A DNA stretch of 64,000 bases. Source: Oopsacas minuta (taxonomy: Eukaryota; Animalia; Porifera). The first letter of the stretch is position 1. Each line of letters begins with the position of its first letter. The notes beneath the pieces are model-generated. The model was given only the letters and a program-made list of their open reading frames with translations. It ran no database searches and was not told the origin of the DNA. A program made the position numbers and the translations under genes. Shown here in pieces: positions 1 through 12,421 of the stretch. Location: the NCBI GenBank assembly GCA_024704765.1, contig JAKMXF010000323.1, forward strand, positions 186,001-250,000, in the 5' to 3' direction.

Positions 1-117
1 CTCGATTCCTAATATCTTCTCATCGAATGTGCTTTCTATATTCCACTATAAATAACAGCTTAATGTTCTTGATTGTATTATAAAAGGATTTCTATGTTGT
101 TATTATGTGATTATACA

Positions 118-3100
118 TTAACTAATTGATAAGGTAATTTTTTTGGCGTTGATATAGGTAATTTCTCTAGAAATGGCTCTGTTAAGTATGTATCTATATC
201 TATGTTGTTCTAGATGACCACCTCGCTTTATGGATGCTTCAGTAACCTCTTTGACCCATCTTTCTACATTCTTGGAATGACAAGGATAGGATGGAATTAC
301 CAATGGTTCATCAATGGCTGATTGCAGCTCCACATCTGTGAAATTAACCGTTAATGATGGTTCTGTAATTGATAATCCATCTAATTCTATACGATTTGAA
401 TAAGTTGAAGCTCAAAATTCTTTTTGGAACTTTAGTTTCCTCGGCTCAGTTGGAAGGTTCAAATTCCGTGAATTCACAACTTGCGGACACTTCAGGATAG
501 TTTCTACGGCTCTCTTTCTTAGATCTGGGAAATTCTCTGAAAGCATAAATATAAGGCTATTTTCTTGATGACTCCAATACCCATTTGATTGAAGTAATCT
601 CTGGTAACAATTCTGTCAGGCTCTGATAATTCCTTAGATGTTTGAACAAGATTGAAGAAGTTTTTGTACCATCACTTAGAGTCCAAACTCTTTGAAGCGA
701 AACTATCCTGGAACATATGGATTAAGAATAAAACTTACGATATGCATTAGTTCAGAAGTTGGAGTTAATTTGGAAATATATAACCTAAGGATTCTGTTTG
801 CAAATGTATTCCATCTTGACCTATTAAGAATACCGGGTTCCTTGGTTAGTAAGTTCCCTGTGCAATGATGTGGGCCATTTTGAACAGCAAGTACCATCTC
901 CTATAAATACTACTGATCTGTACTAAGTTTTTTTACCAGCTCAAATGGTATATACCAGGTTGTCCAAAAAGTTCGCGGAATTGCAATTATATTTTATTTA
1001 TCAATGATCATACTCAACTAATTATTGTACATAGTTTTCAATAAATTCACCCTTAACGGCGATACATTTCTTCCATTTTGATAGGAGTTTATTTATTCCT
1101 GTGGTGAAGAATTTTTCAGTGGTACCTTGAATCCATGAATTTACAGCGGACCTAAGGTGCTCAAATCGCTGAAACGTTTACCTCTAAGTGGTCTTTTCAT
1201 TTCTGAAAAAAGCCAGTAGTCGCTGGGCGCTAGATCTGGGCTGTATGGGGGATGTGGGAGTAATTCGAACCCTAAATGTTGAATTTCATCCAAAGTTCTC
1301 CTGCTGGTATGGGCTGGAGCATTATCATGCTGAAGCAAAACATGAGAACTCAACTTGCCACGTCTCTGAGACTTGATAGCTTCGCGCAATTTCTTCAGAA
1401 CTTGAACATAGTATTCAGTATTTATTGTTACTTTGTTAGGTAACCAATCAATCATGATTATTCCCTTTGTGTCCCAAAAAACTGTTGCCATCCGTTTACT
1501 TGCTGATACGACGGCTCTGGGTCTAATAGGAGTTGCTTCATGCCTACGCTTCCATTGACTCGTCTGTAAACTTGTCTTAGGCTCATAAAAATGTAACCAA
1601 GTCTCGTCCCCTGTGACTAAACGATCAAAGAACCTTGGCTCCTTCTTAGAAATCCGTAAGAGCTGGCGACAAACACGAACCCTTTCAATCCTTTGAGATT
1701 CAGATAACAATTTGGGAACCCAAAGAGAAAGAACTCTCGACATTCCCAATTGTTCAGTTAGAATCATATCAAGTATTTATTTTGACATGCCCAATTCTTC
1801 CTCTAACTGCCGCAGAGTCACACGTCTATCTTTATCAAGAATGTTTGATATAATTTTGATATTATATAGGTTGGAACATGTTTTCGGACGACCAGGTCTT
1901 GGGTTATCATCAACAGTTGAATGCCCATCATTAAATCTGTCAATCCATTTGTAAACCATCTATTTACCAGGGCATTTACTACCATAAACATCTTCATCTC
2001 GTAGAGAATCTCGCTTTCACTTTTATTTTGTTTCCAGAGAAACCAAATGATATATCGTTTCCCATCTTCTGAGTTTTCCATTTTAGAAACAATACAACTA
2101 TCGTAAATGATGCTAAAATAATACCTAAACCAAACTTTTGGATTACAAAAGTTAGGATAATTGAGATAAGGGAAATTAGACTTAATCAAAAAAATAGGCT
2201 AATTGATAGAGTGTATATAACACAAACTAGAGATAAAATTCGCGAACTTTTTGCACAACCTAGTATTTTATTTTTCTGGAAACTAGCTCAAAATGAACAA
2301 GAGGAAATTTTGTAAGATCTTTTATGATTTCCTTACTAATAGGCCCAGTCTATGAATTTGGTCCAACAGTTACTCCATCAATTTCTTTAAATGTGTGACT
2401 TAGTGGCAACTCATTTGTATGAAGGCCACATATAGCTTGTTGACATGGTTTCCCCAACTTAATCTCAACGAATCCATCGATACCTCCATGAGGTCTAGTA
2501 TTTACTGGAGTTCCATCGCACCCTAGTACGATTAAATTGGCACTAGATTCTAGATCACATCAAATATATCACTGCCTGTATCTGTTGCTTTTCCTGATTT
2601 TGGTGATACATTATCAATATAACGGCTTACTCGTTCTACCACAATTACTTCATGGCTTTCCATTTTAGTGATGTACTTAAACTTGCATTTCATTCAACTT
2701 CTGTTTGGGCTTTATCTCCTTTGCCATTATAATAAAGTGCCATAATAAGTTAATTGTATTCTTGAGATATTATCCTTCTCTGCCGCTTTTCCCCATGCAG
2801 GAGCCTCCATTTGCAATGGAGGCTCCTGCACGTTCGCTTATGCCATATCTATCGCACATTCGAGAGAGGTTTGGGAGTATACGACGATTTTGATCAGAGA
2901 GAGACTGTGAGATGCTTTTTGATTCGTGTGTTTCATGACTTTGATCAGATTGGTTAGGACCGTCTTCTACAATCTCTAGGAAGCTTTCGAGGTCTAGATA
3001 AAGCGAACTGTTATCTCCAGTGTCGTTGTACAGTACAGCTTGAATTTCAATTTCTTCTTTCCTTTTATCCTCATTTTATAGATATCTGATTCCTTTTGGT

Positions 3101-3663
3101 TAATTTCGGAAATAAACATATTTCTGATTATTCTCTGATCATCAATAAACTCAATTTTAAGGTCTGAGATTCGATTCTCTATGGGGCAGCTACTACAAGG
3201 TTTGTTATCAAGAAGCTCATAGTTAAAACATAAAATATCGAAAAAGGCATTGAAAATTTGCTTTCATATTGTCATACTTTTCACAATTATAGTTTTTCTT
3301 TTCTCTTCTTGCCATTTGAGAAGTTCAAGACTTCTCAAATGGCAGTTATCCGCATTTCACTTATGACATTCGACCTTTCTAGAACCTATTGGCCTTCTTC
3401 ATCCAGGATAAATTTTCTGTTATGATCTAACTTCTTTTACCATTTGACTAAACTAGATCTATCCCAACATGAAGGATACCCTTTAGTACTACTTTGAGTA
3501 TTCCTCGAGTCTTAGGGTTTGATTCACCATCCGAAATAAGATTATGCCTTTCAAGTGAAAAATAATTGCAAACATCAGTACACCATGGAAGCATACACTG
3601 ATATAATTTAGCCGGTTGACCAAATGAAGGGTGTACAGATTGACTGCGTAGATAAACTGTCAT
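118..3663 (-). pseudogene. Degraded DDE-like transposase of an unclassified invertebrate family (cc8K15.2-like), split by a mariner insertion
   Basis: Minus-strand fragments read ...VLGCDGTPVNT...LGKPCQQAICGLHTNELPL (about 2400-2560), ...SRWNTFANRILRLYIS (703-897) and ...PCHSKNVERWVKEVTEAS (118-333), the motif order I recall for this family. There are many stops and frameshifts, and the coding frame resumes on both sides of the 955-2263 insertion. Confidence 0.7.
955..2263 (-). mobile_element. Mariner (DD34D-type) DNA transposon, 1309 bp, frameshifted transposase at about 1017-2081
   Basis: TIRs CCAGGTTGTCCAAAAAGTTCGCG and CGCGAACTTTTTGCACAACCTAG, with TA on both sides. Motifs TGDETWLHFY, QHDNAPAH and HPPYSPDLAPSDY. 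Confidence 0.95.
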
Positions 3664-4049
3664 ATAAGTAAAAAATCTAAGAATTATGCGAAAGAATAAT
3701 GTAAGAGAATTTAAATGGCAATTAGTAGCAGATAAAATAATGCATATTCAATGGAAATTTATTAGGAATCGAGGATAAAGTAAAAGTATGTCATGAATCG
3801 GACAAATAAGGACCTTTTCCATTGTACCAACCTAAATGATTTTGTTGCATGGTGTAAATGATCAAAATGTTAGGTTGTTTATATATATTTGGGTAAATGA
3901 CATCCAGCCACACCACAAATTAACCGGCCGAAAGAGATTGAGCGAAATAGTATTTTTCACAACACCCTAATGTACACGTGGTAAAATTAATCCCCTACAG
4001 TATCCACGATCCGATTATGAATATATATTGAAGTAAGGGATCTTCTCAC

Positions 4050-4980
4050 TAGGGTGCAGTCTTAGACAAAACAGCTATATTTACATCCAAAATGGGTTCA
4101 TAATGGACGCCATTATGATAGAAGATATTGAGCCTTCAGGAATTGCTCGAGGCGACTCTAGGACATCAATCACTTTAGCGACTAGACTCGAAAAGACCAT
4201 TCATTTGTTTCTCATAGTTGTAGGAAAATCCAATCAAATATTTGCAATAGCAAAGCCACCTCGAATAATTCCACATCATTTCCACAAGTTGTGTTCTTAC
4301 GAATATTCGTTTTAATAAGATAGTCAGCAACTTTTCTGTAATTATTTACTGATCGTGTAAATATATTTCGACAAATTTATTACAGGGTTCTTTCAACTTT
4401 CCAACCATATTATCAGTAATTAGTGATCGAATTTGCTGGACATCATCGCTATTTCCGGCCATCCAAAATGCTAGTGAAGAAAATAAACAATTTAGAAGGA
4501 TAGTATTCGGGTAAATTTGAATTTTGTGGTATTTCATTTCTGGAAGAAACTAGTGAATTATATAATTTTAAGTTTAAATTTTCACATTTAACTTTTCTTC
4601 CCTTATAAGTAGTGGGTTGGAATCTAGGAAATGAATAATCTAGTTCACCCAAGGTCTAAATCGGTGAATATTTCAACTTCCTTACCAGCTAAACTAATAT
4701 TTTGAACTCCCTCTGGGTATTTAACATGTTCGCACACAAACTTAACTGGTACTTGTATTTCTGTATTCACTAACGGATTTTGTCGACTATCTAATTACTT
4801 ATTATTCGGTTTAATACTTTCAAATGCGTTTGAAATATTTATATCTGCTATGTTTAGTCTTTTTCCTTTATGACCATTTCTCTTTATAATTTTCTTCATT
4901 ACTTACTTGCATTTTTCTTTTCTTTTGAAATGCTGTTTTGTTTGCAAATGGCCTAAAACAAATTTAAATGCAGCAATCTT
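4050..4980 (-). pseudogene. Degraded OTU-like cysteine protease ORF, probably TE-derived
   Basis: Minus-strand fragments NCLFSSLAFWMAGNSDDVQQIRSLI, CGNDVELFEVALLLQI and YHNGVHYEPILDV match the OTU Cys loop, variable loop and His loop. The GDG preceding the Cys is missing, and there are frameshifts and stops. Confidence 0.65.
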
Positions 4981-5329
4981 ATCCTCAATAATTATATAAA
5001 TTGACATAATGAAATGAGCCAGCTCACTCATCTCTTTTCAGGAGTATAAATGCTGTGTTTAACTATCCTATACCAATTTTCAACACTAGATTTGCTATCT
5101 GTCAAAACATTATCTGGTGTATGATTAGCGGACATTTCTTGAAGGAAGATTCCTCCTTTTGAAATTGTAGGGTTGATTTCAAAACATTGGAATTAGATTT
5201 CAATAAACAGTTATTACTATTACGCTGAGCCTATTGTTGGCAGGTTATTGTGCTTTTCGGAACAAAGTAATTTTGTTCTAAGGTATCAAATTGCGTAAAT
5301 TGATTACATTGTATAAATAGAACGTGGGA

Positions 5330-6994
5330 CATGGAATTTTATATGCACTACAATTTCCATGGCCACTGCAAATGTTGTGATTGAAATTCTGAAATCAAGT
5401 AGAGGCAAAGAAAAGGCTTACATAGATGGTTTTTGTATACTCTAACTCAATCTTGTTATCCGTACTCACATTGGCTCTGTGAAAAACGTGCAACCTGTAA
5501 AGCCTGTGTTTCTACCAAAGAGGTAGTTGTGATAAAACCTGAGAGCAGATCTGACATCTACTCATCTCACACCCATGGACCAAATCCTGTGCGAGGATGA
5601 TTAAAGGTACCAGTCAAATGAAAGAGCGCGCATTGAATTCTGAAACCAGCACCAGGTCCATACTTGCTAGTGGATTAGGATCAATGAATGAGTCAACTAT
5701 AGCAGCACTACCAAAATTTGATACAATAAAACGGACAATCCGTCGCACCAGATCCAGTGGTCAGAATTTTGATAACTCTGCTACGGCTACAGAAATTATA
5801 ATCTCTGAAAAATATAAATTAACCTCAAAAGGACAGCAGTTCTTACTATATGATTCAGGCATACATGAGACCAACAGACTGCTAGTATTTGGAACTCATC
5901 AATGCTCAACCTTTTACGGGACACAAGTAATTGGTATGCAGATGGTACATTCAAAATTGTTCCCATTCAGTTTTTCCAGTTATACACAATACATTGCGAG
6001 AAAGATGGATACATCATTCCATGCATATATGCACTGATGTTAAACAAGCTTCAATCTACATACGATGAACTACTCAAAAAATTAATAGAGATCGAACCTG
6101 AATTAGATCCGTCATCCATTATGGTAGATTCCGAAAAAGCTTCAATCAATGCTCTAGAAGAAAATTTCTTAGCAGTTATATCTACTTGTTTTTTTTCATC
6201 TGTCGCAGGGCATTTATCGTCAAATACAGTCGATAGGGTTGGCTACACTATATCTCAAAGATGAGGAATTTGCAATAAAAATGAAGATGTTAATAAGTCT
6301 AGCTTATGTGCCGGAATTTGAAGTCATTGATTGCTTCACATTATTGATGGGTAATTTCCGGAATCAGGTAAAGAGGTAGCTGAATATTTTGAAGTTAATC
6401 ACATAGGGGAAGAGACGTGAAGATCAAAGTAGATGAATACCACGCTTTCCAATTCAAATTTGGGATATGTTTACACGAGTAAGATCCAGATTACTCAGAA
6501 CAAACAATTCAGTCGAAGGATGGCATAATGACTTTAAATCAGGTATCACTTGTTCACACACAAGTTTTGTAAAGCTCTTAATGCACCTGCAACGTGAGCA
6601 ATCTCTACAGGAGGCAACTCTAGCCAGATGGGAGACTGGTGAAGTGCCAAGAACTTCAAAGCACAGTGAATCTAGAAATTTCAGAATCCTGAGACTAGTT
6701 GAAGACTACGAGAATAGAGAGAATCTAACATATCTAAGAGGAATGGCACATAACTTTGATTTCTATTATGAACATTACACTTATTTTATATCAACACTTC
6801 ACGCCTTGTATTAAATTACAAATTATAATATCATTAAATTAGCATATTCTCTCATTACTTGTATTAAAATACTTGAGTATTAGACACGTAATTGACAACG
6901 TAATATCTAGGCAACGAAATTTCCAGGGAACCAAATGTCCGGGAACCAAAAGTCCAGGGAAGCAAATGTCCAAGGAACCAAATGTCCGTTTCCC
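5330..6994 (+). mobile_element. Mutator/MULE transposon remnant: frameshifted FLYWCH-like + MULE transposase (about 5359-6772) with a right TIR built of short tandem repeats
   Basis: Motifs WYADGTFKIVP, FFQLYTIH, IPCIYALM, SIMVDSEKA and RTNNSVEGWHN. Region 6920-6994 has four copies of a GG(A/G)ACCAAA(T/A)GTCC-like unit. The left TIR was not found. Confidence 0.88.
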
Positions 6995-7110
6995 CTGGTG
7001 TATTGGTTGTGCAAAAAATTATTCCACTCCACAATGGTAACAATGGAATATAATATGTCAATAGAAAATCAACTATCCTGGATATGAACATACATTATTT
7101 TATATTGCTT

Positions 7111-7173
7111 GAGAAGCACTAACTCCAATATCAAGGTTGTTCTCAATAACCTTGATATTGGAGTTAGTACTCT
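7111..7173. repeat. Short near-perfect hairpin (21-bp perfect stem, short loop)
   Basis: ACTAACTCCAATATCAAGGTT (7118-7138) is the exact reverse complement of AACCTTGATATTGGAGTTAGT (7148-7168). Confidence 0.9.
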
Positions 7174-8045
7174 GATAAATCTTCTCGAAATGCCTACCAA
7201 AGGGAGACTTTTACCTGTGAGTTACAGCATTGAAATTTACAGTTGCTTCATCCTTACATTCACAGGTGTATATATATTAAGTATTATACCTAATGCTGAC
7301 GGGGCACTCTAAATTATATCATACCTCTCTGATTATATCTATATTCATAGTAGTAAGCATTGAATGCGGAAAGTATAGTTATTCTTGATTGAAATAGTCA
7401 TGATTTCATACTTTGTACATATAGATTTCCCGGAATCTTTAACACAAGCTGATGGGGAGAAGAGGCGTTGCCCCAGTGATATAATTTTTTATCAAAACAG
7501 TTACTGCAATCGTCCTCCAAATTGTTATACAAGGTTAAATCAGAGGCAGATGATGCCCACCCAACAAGGAACATATCGTCTCAGAACTAGTATTCAATTG
7601 CAAAGATATCTAGATTACCAAATGATGAAACTGATATTGAACTCTCAGCTACTACACTCTCACTTACATTAACAATACTAGAAGTTATTAGGATGCAGAT
7701 AAAGAAGCGTAGAGGCTAAAACTCACTTGTAACTGTTGATCTGAATCAAGGGGGCTTGCTGTACATTCCAAAGAGGAATTTCTAGCTAAAGCACCTTTGA
7801 CAATTGACTGTATGGTACAGGAGCTGTTGCTACACTTGAAATACAGTTTGCGCCTCTTGTTGGGGTTATCCAAGAATATACATTTTTGCGAATGGATCTC
7901 CAAATAGATGTATAAATTTTAGCAATAACAAACATCTTGTGAAACAAAGCCCCGAAAGAACGAAACGTTGAGACCATGAAGCGAACCATTATCATCACAT
8001 CCCTTGGCAATTCATAAAATAAATAATTTAACCAACGATAGAAAA

Positions 8046-8312
8046 TTACGGAATGAATAACTTTAGGTAATAAATTAAATAATTACCATGTTCGTGAGGA
8101 GTATCTTGATTTAATGTGAAGGGTCCTGGATTGATCTCAATGTCACCAAAGTTGAGAAGAACAGATATGAAGCAGGCACAAAGAGCAGACAGTAGGAGAG
8201 ATGAAGTCGCAATACATAGAGTCAGAGAATCAAAAGATAATCCTGCGAAGTTTGAGCATGCCTTAACAGAGTGCAAGCAAATACGAGCATGCAACAATTC
8301 GAGAGAGATCAT
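8046..8312 (-). CDS. Short ORF or first exon with a hydrophobic leader ending in a 2A/StopGo-like motif (LLNFGDIEINPG|P); downstream portion appears decayed
   Basis: DIEINPGP at 8144-8121 fits the D(V/I)ExNPGP consensus and follows a hydrophobic stretch. A possible donor CATG|GTAATT lies a few codons later. Downstream minus-strand frames (about 8000-7350) contain stops. Confidence 0.5.
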   Translation of the reverse strand: MISLELLHARICLHSVKACSNFAGLSFDSLTLCIATSSLLLSALCACFISVLLNFGDIEINPGPFTLNQDTPHEHGNYLIYYLKLFIP

Positions 8313-11007
8313 GTTACAGAAGTGTCGAATATGAAACGAAATCAGAAAAGAACAATGATATCAGAAAAGATCGAACAATAATAATAAAGGGAAGAATATG
8401 AAATAGCAAAGAAAGCAGCAAAAGCGAAAATGAGAAAAGAGTAAATCAAAAACACGAAGATTGTTCTATCGGTTTAAGTGAAAATTTTTATCACCATACG
8501 ACAATAAGCATATCAGTTGTTAAGGGAAAATTAGATATGTTATTGCGGAGAAAATTACCATAAGATTGAAACAAATGTTACTCAAGTTAAGTATTACTTG
8601 TAAGCACAAGAATGAAGCTTAACAGTGCCATAAAATGTCAATGAACCATTCAAAATATATTAGCACCACATATTAATAAAATACAAGCACCGCAAGGTTG
8701 TTAAGGAAATTGAATTATAAGATAAGAAAGAAAGTATCTATAAATTTTGAAGGGGTTCTGAAGAGACATAACTTCAAGAATTGATCTCAAAGTTAGAATT
8801 CGAAATACACAAAAACCGGAGAAATCGTCGATTTTTGTAGGCCGTTGCTGCTGATAATTTTTAGTGTTTCACGAAAATATCGATATTGTCATAAACATCT
8901 CTATCTCAACTAACGATTGCACAAAAATAATTGAAATTGAGTTGGATTTAGGGCAATAAACATGAGTTTGAACTGACCCTATTTTGTGTAGAGCATAATT
9001 TATTCCCTACCACTCTCACTCCCGAATGAAAATTCGAATTTCTCTAGCCACAGAGTTGTTAATATTTTTAATGAAATTTAGTTTTATATACGTCCATACC
9101 ACCAAAGTATGCATAGAGAATTTCAGAATTGAATTCTGAATTTTACATGTGTAAATTCTAAGAAGTCGTGACACTTAAAATTCCACCCAAAAATGTAACT
9201 AAAAGTATAAATTTAATATCGAAGTATATTGTGTAAAGAGTACAACTCTCCCCTTTCCAATGATACTAATTTCGTATAAATCTGATGAGTATAAGTGAGT
9301 CAAATTAATGACTGAAGTGACCCTAGTCGAATAGTCTGCTAACTTCACACTCCTTATGTACTAACTCATTCGTCAATATATTTATGATACATTCAGAATT
9401 TCAGTGATTATTGAATGCATTTGGATACTCAAGTAGGTTTGTTTACAGGTTCAAGAATACATGGATCCGGCTGGATCCTGAGCACATCTACATTATATAT
9501 AAGGAGTATCCTAGGAAAAGATGATTCTGATATACTCATTTATAATATACGGCAGTTATAATAACATATTTTGCAACAACGAAGGTGTTTCCAAAAGCGA
9601 AAAGCACTAGTATACTAAGAAATAAATATAAAAGTTGGCAGTAAATGTAGCATGAAGAATATCAGTAAAAAATAGATTTAGAATAATCCAATACATAGTT
9701 AAAATAGAAGAATAAATTTTTGAAAGAAAATTCCAAGTTAAAAGAACATAGTAAGTACAATGTTGAAATACTCGAATTATACGATTAAAATTTCCATACG
9801 ATAAATTTAGGTAATTTGAAATGCGTTAGCGAAGCACTACTCATTCTTCACATTACATGGGGTATATTATATATTTCGTTGATAAATGATTACCATGTGG
9901 TTAAAATTATATACAGTCAAACTTGTCTACAATGGCCACCAAAGTGACATGAATAATATGTAATAAAGATATTCAAATCAAATGAGGAATATGAGTAAAT
10001 AGCTAGTGACTGCGATGGAGGAATCATTGCGATTAATTAATTAGTATAAATGAATAGATGATAGGTATTGAGCCACCTGCTGGCCAATATCCGTACTGAA
10101 CAAACTGGTTGACTATTTAGTCGACAGTAAACAAGAACAAAGCACCCCATTTCAGTACTGACTCATGCTACTATACCAGGGCTATATAGAGGAATTTCTG
10201 GGCCGGCTCCTTTCTGGCAATGGCTTTCTATGGATGGCACTTTTATGGGCGGCAACATATTGATCGTGTACTAATTTGATTCTGATGTTCGGCACTTTGA
10301 TTCCTTTATGGGTGCTAAAATGACACTTTTAGGTGCCCGCCAAGCACCTAGATAAACCCCTGTACTATACCATACTCAAATAGGCACAGTGAAATCAATC
10401 CCTATATCGCTCTACGCGAATTGACCAGAAGGGTTAGTCAATACGAACACTGACTGATTTCGGGTATTGACCGTAACATCTAGACTATTAAGCGCAATTA
10501 ATCTGTATGTATATATGTATATACGTACAAATAAATAGTTCATATGTCCAGAATTGAATTTCCAGGAAAAATACCCTCTAGGTACGTGGCGACCCAAACC
10601 ATCAAAAAACTTAGCTGTTTAATACTTAAGCTAACTTGAGGTACAAAGCTGTCGCGCAGCGACCTAGCAACCCAGGCGCGCTAGCATATATTGAATGCGC
10701 AAACTGTTGATATCGCCGCTACCCAAAGTTTAACCCAAAATAACGGTAGAACACTCCCTTGGGCGTAGTTAGCATTGATGTAGAGGAGGCAATTGGCCCC
10801 CCTCGTTTCGCGCCTCCCATTTGTTTTCTATGATAGCAAATATTCATCTCTGCCTACCCTCTCTAGGATTTCTAACTACACCCAAGACATCGAGGCATCG
10901 GAGTTATGATTTAACATATTATTAGCTGAATATTCTATATGCCGATCAATTCAAGGTCATAGTATGGCTTACAATAATACAATATAGAAGTTCACCTAAT
11001 TAGTGTA

Positions 11008-12343
11008 CTACGGGCGTTCAATAAGTAGTCGTTATCACATTGTAATTCTAAAATTTTCCAGCATAATTGTGTTTTCAGTGATGAAGTTTCTCAAAGTATT
11101 CCCCTTCGTGCTGTAAAACCAATTTCAGCCTTTTTATCCAATCGAAAAAATACTTTTTTGTAGTCTTCGGCTGGTATACCTTTCATATACTGGAAAATCG
11201 TCGATCCTATCTGAGCTTGACTCTCATATTTCCTGCTTGATAGATGTTTCTTTAGCTTTGGAAACAACCAAAAGTCACAGGGAGCTAGATTTGGCTAGTA
11301 GGGAGGGTGATCTAATTCCACAATCTTCATAGCTTCCAACTTTTCTCTAACCAGCTTTGTCTTGTGCGGTCGGGCGTTATCATGCAATATTCGCAATCCA
11401 CGAGTTCCAGTCCTTGGCCGTCGATTTTGGTACAATTTTTCAACCTCTGTTAGACACTCATTGGTATTGAAGGAGCCTGCTATTGTTTGGTATTTGGGGA
11501 TACAAATCTGGCACATTGGATCATTAGAATAAAAAATATACAGTACATAACCTTCGGGTCCCGAAAGTCATGTCGAGGGATCATTGGGGGGTCCTGTCCT
11601 TTTACCACCCATACTTTGTTTGCTTCTTTTGATAAAGGCTCAGAATAACGTACCCAAGTTTCGTCACCTGTTACTATCTCAAATAACCTTCTGGAGTCAG
11701 CTCGATCAAACTCAGAGAGCAATTTAGTAGCGCATTGGATCCTCTTTGCCTTCTGGACCTGAGTTGGTAAATGCGGCACCCATCGAGCACATATCTTTCG
11801 GAATTTCATATTATCATGTACAATGGCTTGAGCAGTTCCCGTTGAGATCCCAACCGCATCAGCTATCTCCACAAGCGTGATATGATGGTCTTCTTCAAGT
11901 AACGCGGATACCTCAAGAATATTTTTGTCACTGGCGCTGGAAACTGGTCCTATTCTTGCCCCATCTCCAATGGACACTCTACCTTCACGAAAGCGTCTAG
12001 TCCAATCAACAACAGTGGAATATGGAAGTGCTATATCCTTATAAACTTCCTCTAAATCTTTGTGGACATCTGTTGGTGAAACTTTGAGCAGTGTTCTGAT
12101 CTACACATATGCTCTCGGCTCAATTTTGAAATCTGTCCTTTTTCAAGCCATTAAAATGTTACTATAATAAACTGTCAAAATGTAAATAGGTACAATATTA
12201 GAACGAGACATCAGAATCAAAAACGCTTTGCATTATTGAATTCACAATGGATGGATTGTTATTTCTAAAATTCAGTTTGATCTGGGTCGAAATATCCAGA
12301 CTTACAAAATTTGGAATAACGACTACTTATTAAACGCTCGTAG
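11008..12343 (-). mobile_element. Mariner DNA transposon, 1336 bp, pseudogenised transposase
   Basis: TIRs CTACGGGCGTTCAATAAGTAGTCGTTAT and ATAACGACTACTTATTAAACGCTCGTAG, with TA on both sides. Motifs WVPHLP, TGDETWV, LHDNARPH and HPPY. Confidence 0.95.
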
Positions 12344-12421
12344 TACTTTTGTCAGATAAATTGTTGTACATTGAACTCTCAGTTGTGCAGCAAATGATTA
12401 GTCTCAGTTTGTAATATATTA

